NCBI GenBank assembly: GCA_041663485.1
Contig: JBAYMO010000002.1
Location: 1-62,982, forward strand
Source of the DNA: Candidatus Buchananbacteria bacterium
GTDB taxonomy: Bacteria; Patescibacteriota; Patescibacteriia; Buchananbacterales; UBA6539
DNA: 62,982 bases
Direction: 5' to 3'
This document shows positions 25,309 to 35,498 of the stretch, in pieces. Each line of letters starts with the position of its first letter. Within the stretch, counting starts at the first letter, position 1. The notes below the pieces were generated by a model. It did no database searches. It saw only the letters and a list, made by a program, of their open reading frames with translations, and was not told the origin of the DNA. The position numbers and the translations under genes were made by a program.

Positions 25309-26685
25309 ATGGATATTGTTATTGATTTCTCAGGCATCCCGACAGAAAACCCAATTGCCTTTGGTTGGTGGTTTTTTAAGAATATCGGCTGGATTTATCC
25401 AGTCTTTTTAATTGTCGCCGGTATGCTGGAATTGTGGAAGAACTGGTTAAAAACCAAGTACCGTGAGGCGAGAAAATATATAGTTTTGGCTGTTGATGTT
25501 CCAAAAAACATTGAAAATGGGCCACAGAGCGTTGAACATATATTCAACCAACTGTCTGGCGCCCAACAAGGAATCGGTCGTTATGAAAAATGGTGGACAG
25601 GTGAAATACCCGACAGCTTTTCTTTCGAACTAATCAGTGTCGGCGGCTACATTCAATTTATGATTCATACCTGCGTTCAATATCGTGATTTGGTGGAAGC
25701 TATCGTCTACGCGCAATATCCTGATGCGGAAATTATGGAAGTTCAAGATTATGTTAATGATTATAAAAAAATAAGATTTCCCAACGATGAGTATGAACTC
25801 TGGGGCACGGAACTAAGATTAGCTAAGAAAGAATTTTATCCGATTAGAACCTACCCGGAATTTGAACATAGCACCGAGGGCTTTAAAGACTCAATGGCCG
25901 GCTTACTGGAAGCCTTGACTCGCATTGGACCGGGCGAACAAATTTGGGTGCAACTTGTTATTACGCCGGCTGACAACAGTTGGATTGAAAGTGCCAAAAT
26001 AGAAGTTAAAAAGCTTATTGGTGCTAAAGTCGAACAAAAGAAAACCTGGGCAGACAAAGTTTTTGATTTCCCGGACAGTATTATAAAGACTGTTTCTGAA
26101 AGTATTGCTTTAGGCAGTGGCGCCGAAGCGAGCAAACCGGCAGCCAAAAGCGATGATCCACCTTCAAAAATTCAGCACATGTCTTATGGCGAAAAAGTGG
26201 TGGTGGAGGGAGTCGAAAAGAAAATCAGTAAAATCGGTTTTCATACGAAAATCAGATTGATTTATTTGGCAGAAAAAACGGTATTTAATAAAGTCACGCC
26301 TAAAATTATCATGGGTGGTTTCAAGCAGTTTAACACCCTAAACATGAATTCCTTCAAGGCTGACCCGAAGTCCAAAACTGGTGGCATGGTTTTTTTGAAA
26401 AAAAATCGTTCAATTGCCAGAAAAAATAAAATTATCTATCGTTATAAAAATCGTGGACATTTCCTTGAACCTGGGGTGTATGGTCAAATTCTGAATTGCG
26501 AGGAATTGGCCACAATTTATCATTTCCCAACTCTTAACGTAAAGGCGCCAATGTTAAAGAAATCTGAAGCGAAAAAAGCTGAACCGCCGATTAGTTTGCC
26601 CATTGAAGTTTTCAGACCGGTCAAATTACAGGAGAATACTTCAACGGTTAAGGCTGAACCGCCAACCGATTTGCCGATTGGCTAA
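25309..26685 (+). CDS. Hypothetical membrane-anchored protein, partner of the downstream P-loop ATPase
   Basis: Two N-terminal TM segments and a large soluble domain. No motif that I recognise. 21-nt gap to the next gene. Confidence 0.6.
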   Translation: MDIVIDFSGIPTENPIAFGWWFFKNIGWIYPVFLIVAGMLELWKNWLKTKYREARKYIVLAVDVPKNIENGPQSVEHIFNQLSGAQQGIGRYEKWWTGEIPDSFSFELISVGGYIQFMIHTCVQYRDLVEAIVYAQYPDAEIMEVQDYVNDYKKIRFPNDEYELWGTELRLAKKEFYPIRTYPEFEHSTEGFKDSMAGLLEALTRIGPGEQIWVQLVITPADNSWIESAKIEVKKLIGAKVEQKKTWADKVFDFPDSIIKTVSESIALGSGAEASKPAAKSDDPPSKIQHMSYGEKVVVEGVEKKISKIGFHTKIRLIYLAEKTVFNKVTPKIIMGGFKQFNTLNMNSFKADPKSKTGGMVFLKKNRSIARKNKIIYRYKNRGHFLEPGVYGQILNCEELATIYHFPTLNVKAPMLKKSEAKKAEPPISLPIEVFRPVKLQENTSTVKAEPPTDLPIG

Positions 26686-26706
26686 AATTAAATTAAAATT
26701 ATTTTC

Positions 26707-28653
26707 ATGGACGAAGAAAAACAAACACTAAAACCAACTGAAGAAAAAAATGACATCGTTTTTTTTGCTGAAACAAATTTTCGCAATAAGCGCGTAAAAT
26801 TTGGCATAAAAAAAGATGATCGTCGCCGCCACATGTATCTGGTTGGTAAAACTGGCATGGGTAAATCAACAGCCATGGAAAATATGATTATCCAGGATAT
26901 TATTAACGGCGAAGGCGTGGCCTTGGTTGATCCTCATGGCGATTTTGCCGAAAAGATCCTTGATTATGTACCAAATTCACGCATTAACGACGTTATCTAT
27001 TTCAACCCGGCTGATTATAATTACCCGATTTCTTTTAATCTTTTAGAATCAACTTCATCCGAACACAAGCATCTTATTGCCTCGGGCCTGATTGGAGTTT
27101 TTAAAAAACTTTGGGCTGACTCCTGGGGCCCTCGGCTTGAATATTTATTGCGCAATGCCATCTTGGCACTGCTGGATTATCCGGGCAGTACCTTGCTTGG
27201 GGTAATGAGAATTTTAACTGACAAAAGTTATCGCCAAAAAGTCATTACCAAAATTCAGGATCCGGTGGTTAAATCATTCTGGGTTGAAGAATATTCAAAA
27301 TATCCTCAGGCCTTTCAAGTCGAAGCCATTGCGCCAATTCAAAACAAAGTTGGACAGTTTTTATCAACGGCCATGATTAGAAACGTCGTCGGCCAGGTCA
27401 AATCTTCCATTGATATCAGAGAGATTATGGATGAGAAAAAAATTCTCATTATGAATCTTTCAAAAGGCAGGGTAGGGGAAGACGCCTCCGCTCTTTTGGG
27501 AGCCATGATGATTACCAAGATTCAGCTGGCGGCGATGAGCCGTATTGATACGGCCGAATCAACACGTAACGATTTCTATCTCTACGTCGATGAATTTCAA
27601 AATTTTGCTACCGAATCATTTGCCACTATTCTATCTGAGGCTAGAAAATACCGATTAAACTTGATTATCGGCCATCAGTACATTGAACAACTGGACGAAA
27701 TTGTCCGGGCTGCCGTTTTTGGTAACGTCGGAACTTTAATGTGTTTTCGCATTGGCGCGGCCGACGCCGAGTTTTTAGCCACTGAATTTGCGCCTTATTT
27801 TGTTGAAGAAGATTTGGTTAATCTGACAAAATTTGACACCTACATGAAATTAATGATCGATGGCGTGGCTTCCAGCCCATTTTCTGCCACCACCTTACCA
27901 CCTTTGGGTCAATCGGTTTGGACCGGCAATAAAGATAAAGTTATTGCCGTCTCACGTGAACGCTATGCCAAACCTCGAGCGGTAGTGGAGGATAAAATTA
28001 TTCGTTGGAGTGGCATCGGTGGATATGAAGATGATGATGAAACGGAATCAACGATAAAACCTCAGCTACCAACCAGTGCAATACCCAAAGCTATGCCCAG
28101 ATTGGATGAAAAAACTCCGGCCTTTGAACCTATTGGCCTAGAAGAAAAAAAGAAAAAGAGAAAGAAGAAAAAAAGAAGCACCAATTCCGATCAGGCTGGC
28201 TCGACAAAAAAGGATAAAGAGACTTACCCGGCTCAATGTTATGAATGTGGCCAACCGACAGAAATTTCTTTTAAACCAGACGGTATTCGGCCAATTTATT
28301 GTCAAACATGTTTTCAAAAAATTCGTGAAAAAATGCTCTACAGTAAGACCAGTGAACCAAAAAATATGGAACTAAAGGAGGTCGAACCCAATTCACCAGG
28401 TCCGGAAATTTCTTTAAGTGAAGCCCTAAAAAAACCGCTTCAACATTTTGAACAAAAAAATAATCAAGCTCAGCCGTCGGCCAAACCAAAAAATTTGATC
28501 AAAGATGACAATAATCAAGATGAACCAGCCGATGACAAGCTGACACCGATTGAAGAAATCGTCCACCACTCCATGTCTTTAGCGACCAAACAGCTTGAGG
28601 TTAAGGATGAATCAACCAAAAAAATTAAGCCGGGCGAGGTTATTAAATTTTGA
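26707..28653 (+). CDS. TraD/VirD4/HerA-like P-loop ATPase (type IV secretion coupling-protein-like) with C-terminal CxxC-x17-CxxC zinc ribbon
   Basis: Walker A VGKTGMGKST, VDPHGDF, Walker B FYLYVDEFQNF, IIGHQY. A Lys-rich linker is followed by CYEC-(17 aa)-CQTC. Confidence 0.75.
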   Translation: MDEEKQTLKPTEEKNDIVFFAETNFRNKRVKFGIKKDDRRRHMYLVGKTGMGKSTAMENMIIQDIINGEGVALVDPHGDFAEKILDYVPNSRINDVIYFNPADYNYPISFNLLESTSSEHKHLIASGLIGVFKKLWADSWGPRLEYLLRNAILALLDYPGSTLLGVMRILTDKSYRQKVITKIQDPVVKSFWVEEYSKYPQAFQVEAIAPIQNKVGQFLSTAMIRNVVGQVKSSIDIREIMDEKKILIMNLSKGRVGEDASALLGAMMITKIQLAAMSRIDTAESTRNDFYLYVDEFQNFATESFATILSEARKYRLNLIIGHQYIEQLDEIVRAAVFGNVGTLMCFRIGAADAEFLATEFAPYFVEEDLVNLTKFDTYMKLMIDGVASSPFSATTLPPLGQSVWTGNKDKVIAVSRERYAKPRAVVEDKIIRWSGIGGYEDDDETESTIKPQLPTSAIPKAMPRLDEKTPAFEPIGLEEKKKKRKKKKRSTNSDQAGSTKKDKETYPAQCYECGQPTEISFKPDGIRPIYCQTCFQKIREKMLYSKTSEPKNMELKEVEPNSPGPEISLSEALKKPLQHFEQKNNQAQPSAKPKNLIKDDNNQDEPADDKLTPIEEIVHHSMSLATKQLEVKDESTKKIKPGEVIKF

Positions 28654-28712
28654 CATTAAAGTAATTATTCTATAAAATTATAAGGCTAATTAGTCTTTTT
28701 TTATTCAAAAAT

Positions 28713-30014
28713 ATGAAAATTGCTATTATTGGAACCGGCTACGTAGGACTAACCACAGGTACTTGTTTGGCCGATTTAGGCCAGGAAGTAATTTGCGTCG
28801 ACAACAACCCCGAAAAACTGGCTAAGCTCCAGGCTGGCCAATCACCAATATTTGAACCTGGCTTAGAAGAGATAATGCAGAAAAATATTGCGGAAAAAAG
28901 ACTAAGCTTTGTCAGTCACATTGAACAGGCGATTAAGGATTCCGAAGTGATATTTATCTGCGTCAATACTCCGCCAAAAAATGACGGTCATGCCGATCTC
29001 AAATATGTCGAGCAGGTGGCCCGAGAGATTGCGCAAACCCTCAATGGCCAATACAAAGTCATTGTTGATAAAAGCACAGTACCAGTTAAAACAGCGGAAA
29101 AAGTTAAAGAAACTATTTTAAAATACCGTCCCGATGCTGATTTTGATGTCGTCTCTAATCCTGAATTTCTGCGCGAAGGCAGTGCGGTTAAGGACACGCT
29201 AGAGCCGGATCGGATCGTCATCGGCGCTGACACGCAAAGAGCCAAGGATAAAATGCTTGAGGTCTATAAACCCATTATCGAAAAAACCAAAGTACCGGTA
29301 AAATTAGTGTCCGTGCGCAGCGCCGAACTAATTAAGCATGGAGCTAATACATTTTTAGCCACCAAAATATCTTTCGCCAACTTAATCGCCCAGACTTGCG
29401 AAGAAGCCGGAGCCGATGCCCTTGAAGTCCTAGAAGCAATTGGCTTGGATGCAAGAATTGGCAACCAATTTTTAAAACCCGGCATCGGCTTCGGCGGCAG
29501 CTGCTTTCCTAAAGATATTGCCGCCTACAAAAAAACTTTGGAAATTTTTGGTTTAGATAAATCTTTTATTGAAGCGATTGAAAAAATTAACTCCCTGGCT
29601 TTGAAAAATTTTCAAAGAAAAATCGAGCGTGAACTCTGGGTTTTGGATGGAAAAATAATTGGCGTCTTGGGTTTAGCATTCAAATCTAATACTGATGACA
29701 TAAGAAACGCTCCCGCCCTTAAATTAATTGAAAATTTAAAAAATGACGGGGCGATTATCAAAGTCTATGACCCTCAAGCCATGGAAAATGCCAAAAAACA
29801 ATTGCCGGACCTGGACTATAAAAATAATTCTTACGAAGCGGCTCAAGACGCCGAAGCTTTAATTATTTGCACTGAATGGGACGAATTCAAAAATCTTGAC
29901 TTAAACCGAATAAAAACTTTAATGTCCACACCAATAATTTTTGACGGAAGAAATATCTTTAACCCAAAAACAGTGTCCGATCACGGTTTCAAATATTTCG
30001 GCGTCGGACGATAA
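28713..30014 (+). CDS. ugd: UDP-glucose 6-dehydrogenase
   Basis: MKIAIIGTGYVGL Rossmann start, catalytic GFGGSCFPKD, and C-terminal UDP-binding domain. Confidence 0.92.
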   Translation: MKIAIIGTGYVGLTTGTCLADLGQEVICVDNNPEKLAKLQAGQSPIFEPGLEEIMQKNIAEKRLSFVSHIEQAIKDSEVIFICVNTPPKNDGHADLKYVEQVAREIAQTLNGQYKVIVDKSTVPVKTAEKVKETILKYRPDADFDVVSNPEFLREGSAVKDTLEPDRIVIGADTQRAKDKMLEVYKPIIEKTKVPVKLVSVRSAELIKHGANTFLATKISFANLIAQTCEEAGADALEVLEAIGLDARIGNQFLKPGIGFGGSCFPKDIAAYKKTLEIFGLDKSFIEAIEKINSLALKNFQRKIERELWVLDGKIIGVLGLAFKSNTDDIRNAPALKLIENLKNDGAIIKVYDPQAMENAKKQLPDLDYKNNSYEAAQDAEALIICTEWDEFKNLDLNRIKTLMSTPIIFDGRNIFNPKTVSDHGFKYFGVGR

Positions 30015-30085
30015 GTTTCATAAAAAATAGAAGCGCCCAGCCGCTTTTATTTTTTTATTTTCACCAATAATGTTATAATTATTTA

Positions 30086-31234
30086 ATGAAGCAATACTTA
30101 TTAGCTTTATCGACCCTGACCGGAACTATAATTGGCGTCGGATTTTTTGGGTTACCTTATGTCTCTTCACGCATCGGCTTTTATCCCATGCTATTCTATT
30201 TTTTCTTCTTAGCCTTAATCTCAATTTTAGTGCATCTTATTTTTTCAGAAATTTGCCTTAAAACTCCCGGTAACCACCGCCTGCCCGGTTATGCGCAAAT
30301 ATATCTAGGCAAAGAAGCTAAGTGGCTCTCGGTTTTTAGCACCTCGTTGGGTCTTTTTGGCTCAAATCTGGCCTATATTATCGTTGGCGGCAGCTTCTTG
30401 GCTGGTTTATTAATGCCAATCTTAGGCGGCAATTTATTAATATATACCTTAATTTATTTTAGCGTAGGGGCAATTCTGGTTTATTTCGGCTCAAAATCAA
30501 TTTCTGAATTTGAATTTTTTGGTTTGGCAATATTCTTTATCGCTTTTATCTTTATTTTTGTTGTTAGCCTAAGACACATTGATATTGCCAATCATCTAAC
30601 GGCAAATTTTAGTTTGGTAAATTTATTTTTGCCCTACGGTATAATTCTTTTTTCTCTTTCCGGCATGTCAATTATTCCGGAGATTAAGGAGTTATCCCAT
30701 GGCAATAAAAAAAAGATGAGAAGTTTAGTCATTAACGCGATCATTATTTCAACTCTAACCTATATCGCTTTTGTTTTTATTACCCAGGGCGTTTGTGGCA
30801 ATAAAACCACTCCGGACGCTTTAGATGGCTTAAAAAATATTTTGGGCTATAGAGTTTTAATCGCCGGTTTTGTGGTCGGTGTCATTGCCACCTTTACTTC
30901 ATATATATCTTCGGCTCTGACTTTAAAGAAAATTTTTAGCTTTGATCTAAAACTGCCGCAAATTTTGGCTTGGCTTTTAGCCAGCTTCGTACCAATTCTT
31001 TTGTATTTTCTCGGCTTAAACGATTTTATAAAAATTATTGGTTTTATCGGCGCAGTAACATTAGGCATTGATAGCATTATGATTTTCTTGATTTACTTAA
31101 AAGTCAAAATAAAATTCAGCGATAAAAACGAACCCATAATATCCCTGCCAAAATTTGCAGTATATGTTTTATCAGCAATGTTATTAATTGGGGTTGGCCT
31201 TGAGCTGCTCACTACTTTCAAAATTCTAAAATAA
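30086..31234 (+). CDS. Amino-acid permease-like polytopic membrane protein (aromatic amino acid transporter-like)
   Basis: ~11 TM helices, with an N-terminal GTIIGVGFFGLPY motif. TGtTATAAT lies 6 nt upstream of the ATG. Confidence 0.55.
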   Translation: MKQYLLALSTLTGTIIGVGFFGLPYVSSRIGFYPMLFYFFFLALISILVHLIFSEICLKTPGNHRLPGYAQIYLGKEAKWLSVFSTSLGLFGSNLAYIIVGGSFLAGLLMPILGGNLLIYTLIYFSVGAILVYFGSKSISEFEFFGLAIFFIAFIFIFVVSLRHIDIANHLTANFSLVNLFLPYGIILFSLSGMSIIPEIKELSHGNKKKMRSLVINAIIISTLTYIAFVFITQGVCGNKTTPDALDGLKNILGYRVLIAGFVVGVIATFTSYISSALTLKKIFSFDLKLPQILAWLLASFVPILLYFLGLNDFIKIIGFIGAVTLGIDSIMIFLIYLKVKIKFSDKNEPIISLPKFAVYVLSAMLLIGVGLELLTTFKILK

Positions 31235-31277
31235 CTAAAATATTTATTCATTTGACCATTTTGGTCTTTTTTAATAC

Positions 31278-31306
31278 TTGACACAGTCAAGGCAATATTA
31301 TAAATT
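31278..31306 (+). promoter_or_regulatory. Sigma70-like promoter (TTGACA at 31278-31283; A/T-rich -10 around 31296-31306)
   Basis: Consensus -35. Several overlapping -10 candidates (TATTAT/TATAAA/TAAATT). Confidence 0.5.
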
Positions 31307-31310
31307 ACAA

Positions 31311-31337
31311 TTAGCACTCATTCCTTAAGAGTGCTAA
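31311..31337. promoter_or_regulatory. CIRCE operator (HrcA binding site), perfect consensus
   Basis: TTAGCACTC (31311-31319) - N9 - GAGTGCTAA (31329-31337), ending 7 nt before the clpB ATG. Confidence 0.85.
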
Positions 31338-31344
31338 TAAACAT

Positions 31345-33960
31345 ATGATAAACCCCCAAAAATTAACCAATAAGGCCCAAGAGGCATTGCAAATTGCCCT
31401 GGAATTAGCGTCACAACGCAATCAGCAGCAGATTATGCCGGCTCATTTATTTTTAGCCTTAATTGAGCAAACCGATGGCATCGTTTTATCAGTCTTAAAA
31501 AAGATTGAAGTGAATATCGATCAACTTAAATTACGCTTAAATAAAGAAATCTCGAGCCTGGCTGAAATTACTGGTTCAGGTCTAAATCAACAATTCATTG
31601 ATCAAAAACTTCAAGGAATACTAATCCAATCCGAGAAAGAAGCAAAAAATCTTGGTGACGAATACGTCAGTACTGAGCATTTTCTTTTGGCAATTACGGA
31701 GGCAAAAATTGAAATTTCAGAATTTTTAAAATTGTCCGGCGTCGAATATGAAACTGTGCTTAAAGTTTTAAAAGATATTCGCGGCAATCATCGCATCACC
31801 GATCCGGAACCGGAAAGCAAGTACCAAGCTCTCGCCAAATATGGCGTCAATTTAACTGAGCAGGCCAGAACTGGCAAACTTGACCCCATTATTGGTCGTA
31901 ATCAGGAGATTCGCCGCATTATGCAGGTCTTGTCAAGAAAAACCAAAAACAACCCTGTCTTGATCGGCGAACCGGGAACCGGCAAGACTGCCATCGTCGA
32001 AGGCCTAGCCCAAAGAATTATTGCTGGTGACGTGCCGGAAAGCATTAAAGGCAAAGAAGTCATCGCTTTAGATATCGGCAGCCTGGTAGCGGGTACAAAA
32101 TTTAGAGGCGAATTTGAAGATCGTTTGAAAGCCGTTTTGAAAGAAGTAGAGGCCGCAGAAGGTAGAATTATTCTTTTTATCGATGAACTTCACCTGGTCG
32201 TTGGCGCCGGCGGCTCAGAAGGAGCGGTTGACGCGGCTAATATGCTCAAGCCCGCTCTGGCTCGAGGCAGCCTCCACGCGGTTGGCGCCACCACTCTAAA
32301 AGAATATCAAAAATACATTGAAAAAGATGCTGCCCTGGAAAGACGTTTTCAGCCGGTTTTAGTGGGTGAACCAACCCTGGAAGATACTTTAGCAATTTTG
32401 CGCGGCATTAAAGAAAAATATGAGATTCATCATGGAGTTAAAATTACCGACGGGGCTTTAGTGGCCGCCGCCAATCTTTCGAGCCGCTACATTACCGATA
32501 GATTTTTACCGGACAAAGCTATTGATTTAATCGATGAAGCCACTTCCGCCTTAAGAATGGAAATTGATTCCATGCCCGACGAATTGGATATTCTGAAGCG
32601 AAAAATCACCCAACTAGAAATTGAAAAACAGGCTCTCAAAAAAGAAAATAATGATTCAGCGAAGAAGAGACTCAAAGCTTTAGAAAAGGAATTGGCTAAT
32701 TTGAAAGAAAAAAGCGGACAAATTGAAATTCATTGGCAGAATGAAAAAAACTTAATCAAAAAAATTCAAGCAAACAAAAATCGGATTGATCAATTAAGAA
32801 ATGAAGCGGACATTGCCGAACGTAAGGGCGAATTAGACAAAGTCGCTGAGATTAAATATGGTCAAATTCCGGCTTTGGAAAAATTAAGCAAGGAGATTTC
32901 CAAAAAATTAGCGGGAGTTCAAAAGGATAAAAAAATTCTTAAAGAAGAGGTAACCGAGGAAGATATCGCGACTGTAGTTTCTCGTTGGACGGGTATCCCG
33001 ATAAATAAAATGCTGCAAAGCGAGAGTCAAAAATTAGCCCACCTTGAAGCCAAATTAGAAGAGAGGATAGTTGGTCAGAAAAAAGCTATCGTGGCCATTG
33101 CCAAGGCCGTTAGACGCTCCAGGGCAGGGATAGCAGAAGAGAATCGTCCAATCGGTACCTTTATGTTTTTAGGTCCAACCGGCGTCGGTAAAACCGAAAC
33201 TGCCAAAGCCTTGGCCGAATTTATGTTTAACGACGAAAAATCATTGGTACGTGTTGATATGTCAGAATACATGGAAAAGCATAGTGTGAGTAAGATTATT
33301 GGCTCGCCGCCAGGCTATGTCGGCTACGAAGAAGGTGGTCAATTAACCGAAATCGTTAGGCGACGACCTTATTCTGTTATTCTTTTCGATGAAATCGAAA
33401 AAGCCCATCCGGAAATTTTTAATATTTTGCTGCAGATTTTGGATGAAGGTCGTCTCAATGATGCCAAGGGTAGAGTAATAAATTTTAAAAACACCATCAT
33501 CATTCTGACTTCTAATTTGGGAAGTGATATTATTAAAGAATACGCGCTGGGTTTTACCGATCATAAACGCGAAGAAATCCTTGACCAAAAAGATATGGAG
33601 GAAAGGATTACCGAAATTCTCAGACACTCCTTCAAACCGGAATTTTTGAATCGGCTGGACGAGATAATTGTTTTTTCCACTTTGGATCAAGTCAACATTA
33701 GAAAAATTGTTAACCTCCAATTACACCGAGTCGCCAAAAGACTTAAGGATAAAGAAATAAACGTCGACTTTAGTGAAAAATTAAAAGATTTTCTCGTTAA
33801 AAAAGGTTATGATCCAATTTATGGCGCGCGGCCACTCAAGAGAGTAATTCAAGATAAGGTTTTGGATGAACTAGCCATGAAATTAATTGAAAACGTCATC
33901 ATACCCGGACAAAAAGTGAAAATAGACGTTAACAATAAAGAAGAAATTGTCATTAAGTAA
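31345..33960 (+). CDS. clpB: Chaperone ClpB (full length, two AAA+ modules with middle coiled-coil)
   Basis: Clp_N repeats; Walker [10 protein letters not shown] and GPTGVGKTE; a long coiled-coil M-domain between them. No ClpP-binding IGF loop noticed. Confidence 0.93.
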   Translation: MINPQKLTNKAQEALQIALELASQRNQQQIMPAHLFLALIEQTDGIVLSVLKKIEVNIDQLKLRLNKEISSLAEITGSGLNQQFIDQKLQGILIQSEKEAKNLGDEYVSTEHFLLAITEAKIEISEFLKLSGVEYETVLKVLKDIRGNHRITDPEPESKYQALAKYGVNLTEQARTGKLDPIIGRNQEIRRIMQVLSRKTKNNPVLIGEPGTGKTAIVEGLAQRIIAGDVPESIKGKEVIALDIGSLVAGTKFRGEFEDRLKAVLKEVEAAEGRIILFIDELHLVVGAGGSEGAVDAANMLKPALARGSLHAVGATTLKEYQKYIEKDAALERRFQPVLVGEPTLEDTLAILRGIKEKYEIHHGVKITDGALVAAANLSSRYITDRFLPDKAIDLIDEATSALRMEIDSMPDELDILKRKITQLEIEKQALKKENNDSAKKRLKALEKELANLKEKSGQIEIHWQNEKNLIKKIQANKNRIDQLRNEADIAERKGELDKVAEIKYGQIPALEKLSKEISKKLAGVQKDKKILKEEVTEEDIATVVSRWTGIPINKMLQSESQKLAHLEAKLEERIVGQKKAIVAIAKAVRRSRAGIAEENRPIGTFMFLGPTGVGKTETAKALAEFMFNDEKSLVRVDMSEYMEKHSVSKIIGSPPGYVGYEEGGQLTEIVRRRPYSVILFDEIEKAHPEIFNILLQILDEGRLNDAKGRVINFKNTIIILTSNLGSDIIKEYALGFTDHKREEILDQKDMEERITEILRHSFKPEFLNRLDEIIVFSTLDQVNIRKIVNLQLHRVAKRLKDKEINVDFSEKLKDFLVKKGYDPIYGARPLKRVIQDKVLDELAMKLIENVIIPGQKVKIDVNNKEEIVIK

Positions 33961-33963
33961 AAC

Positions 33964-33987
33964 AAAATAGCCCGAGCGGGCTATTTT
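33964..33987. terminator. Bidirectional intrinsic terminator
   Basis: AAAA-TAGCCC-GAGC-GGGCTA-TTTT between clpB and the convergent acidic micro-ORF. Confidence 0.8.
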
Positions 33988-34018
33988 GTATAATTAATTT
34001 CGGCTTTTTTCTTCCGAA

Positions 34019-34156
34019 TTAGTATTCTTCCGCCTCACCTTCATCTTCATCGTCATCGTCTAAACCTTCTTCATCTAAATCTTCATCCTCAGAAAGATCA
34101 TCATCACCCAAATCGTCATTGGCGGTTGTGGTTAATTCTTCATCATCAAAATACAT
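34019..34156 (-). CDS. Hyper-acidic 45-aa protein (not in ORF track)
   Basis: My translation: MYFDDEELTTTANDDLGDDDLSEDEDLDEEGLDDDDEDEGEAEEY*. SD AAGGAG (34166-34171) lies 9 nt upstream. Own promoter and shared terminator. Confidence 0.6.
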   Translation of the reverse strand: MYFDDEELTTTANDDLGDDDLSEDEDLDEEGLDDDDEDEGEAEEY

Positions 34157-34235
34157 TAATTTTTGCTCCTTTTGACTTGGCAAATTTTTTGTTGCCGAAG
34201 CCTTAATTATTAATTTTAAATATTTAGTTAAAAAA

Positions 34236-34264
34236 AATATAACAAATGCTTAAGGCACTGTCAA
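34236..34264 (-). promoter_or_regulatory. Sigma70-like promoter TTGACA-N17-TATATT (minus strand)
   Basis: Plus-strand TGTCAA at 34259-34264 and AATATA at 34236-34241. Confidence 0.55.
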
Positions 34265-34352
34265 TAGGGGGGTGTGGACTAATTATCTACCCCTTTATAA
34301 CTTGATATAATTGAAGGGTTATGGCTATAATTAATTTAGCAAATACCAGGCA

Positions 34353-35435
34353 ATGAAACCAAAAAAATCAGAAAAAATTTGCATAGCTATGTCCGGCGGC
34401 GTTGACTCTTCAGCGGCCGCGGCTCTTTTGGTTAAGCAAGGTTATAATTGCATTGGTATTTTTATGAAACTCTGGTCAGAACCAAATTCTAGCGCTTGCC
34501 AAGAAAATAAATGCTGTTCAGCCGATGCTTTCGCCGACGCCAGAAAAGTTGCCCATCAACTTGGTTTTCCCATTTACACGCTGAATCTATCCCATGAGTT
34601 TAAAAAAATTATTGTTGATGACTTTTTAAAACAATACCAAAACGGCAAAACGCCCAACCCCTGTATTCGCTGCAATAAATTCATTAAATTTGATTTATTA
34701 CTAAAAAAAGCCAAAGGGCTAGGCTGTAATTATTTGGCCACCGGACATTACGCTAAAATTACCAACAACAAAAATCATAAACTAGAATTACAATTGCCAA
34801 AAGACAAGCACAAAGACCAGACTTATTTTTTATACAACTTAAATCAAAGAAATCTTAAACATTTAATCTTTCCTTTGAGCAATTTAGAAAAAACTCAGAC
34901 CCGACGCATCGCCCAAGATCAAGGTTTGGCGGTTTATCAAAAACCTGAAAGTCAAGAAATCTGTTTTGTGCCGGAAAAAAGTCATTATTCTTTTTTAAAA
35001 AAATACTTAAAGCTCACTCCCGGAAAAATTGTTGACGAGAAGGGTAAGGTTTTAGGCCAGCACGAAGGCTTGGCTTTATACACCCTGGGTCAAAGAAAAG
35101 GAATCAAAGTGGGCGGTATCGGACCATATTATGTTATTAGATTAGACAGAAAAAGAAATAATTTAGTTGTGAGCAATCAAAAGAATTCTCAGGAAATTAA
35201 AACTAAAATTTTTAAACTAGCTAATACTAACTGGATAAGCTCTCAAGCACCTTTAGCTAATCAAAAAATCAAGGTTAAGATTCGCTACCAGGCCGCACCC
35301 GTTTCGGCAAAAATCAAAAATAATTTGGTAACCTTGGCCAAAGCCCAAAGAGCCGTTATGCCGGGTCAATCAGCGGTTTTTTATCAAGGCCAAAGAGTTT
35401 TGGGTGGGGGAATAATCAACAAAATTATAAAATAA
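34353..35435 (+). CDS. mnmA: tRNA-specific 2-thiouridylase MnmA
   Basis: PP-loop IAMSGGVDSS, NPCIRCN, DQTYFL. Confidence 0.93.
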   Translation: MKPKKSEKICIAMSGGVDSSAAAALLVKQGYNCIGIFMKLWSEPNSSACQENKCCSADAFADARKVAHQLGFPIYTLNLSHEFKKIIVDDFLKQYQNGKTPNPCIRCNKFIKFDLLLKKAKGLGCNYLATGHYAKITNNKNHKLELQLPKDKHKDQTYFLYNLNQRNLKHLIFPLSNLEKTQTRRIAQDQGLAVYQKPESQEICFVPEKSHYSFLKKYLKLTPGKIVDEKGKVLGQHEGLALYTLGQRKGIKVGGIGPYYVIRLDRKRNNLVVSNQKNSQEIKTKIFKLANTNWISSQAPLANQKIKVKIRYQAAPVSAKIKNNLVTLAKAQRAVMPGQSAVFYQGQRVLGGGIINKIIK

Positions 35436-35462
35436 ATTCAAAAAAACCATATCATTTTTTTC

Positions 35463-35491
35463 TTGAAAAATATTAAGATCTAGGCTAGAAT
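35463..35491 (+). promoter_or_regulatory. Sigma70-like promoter TTGAAA-N17-TAGAAT, -10 ends 7 nt before the alaS ATG
   Basis: TTGAAA 35463-35468; TAGAAT 35486-35491; ATG 35499. Confidence 0.5.
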
Positions 35492-35498
35492 AATCGAT

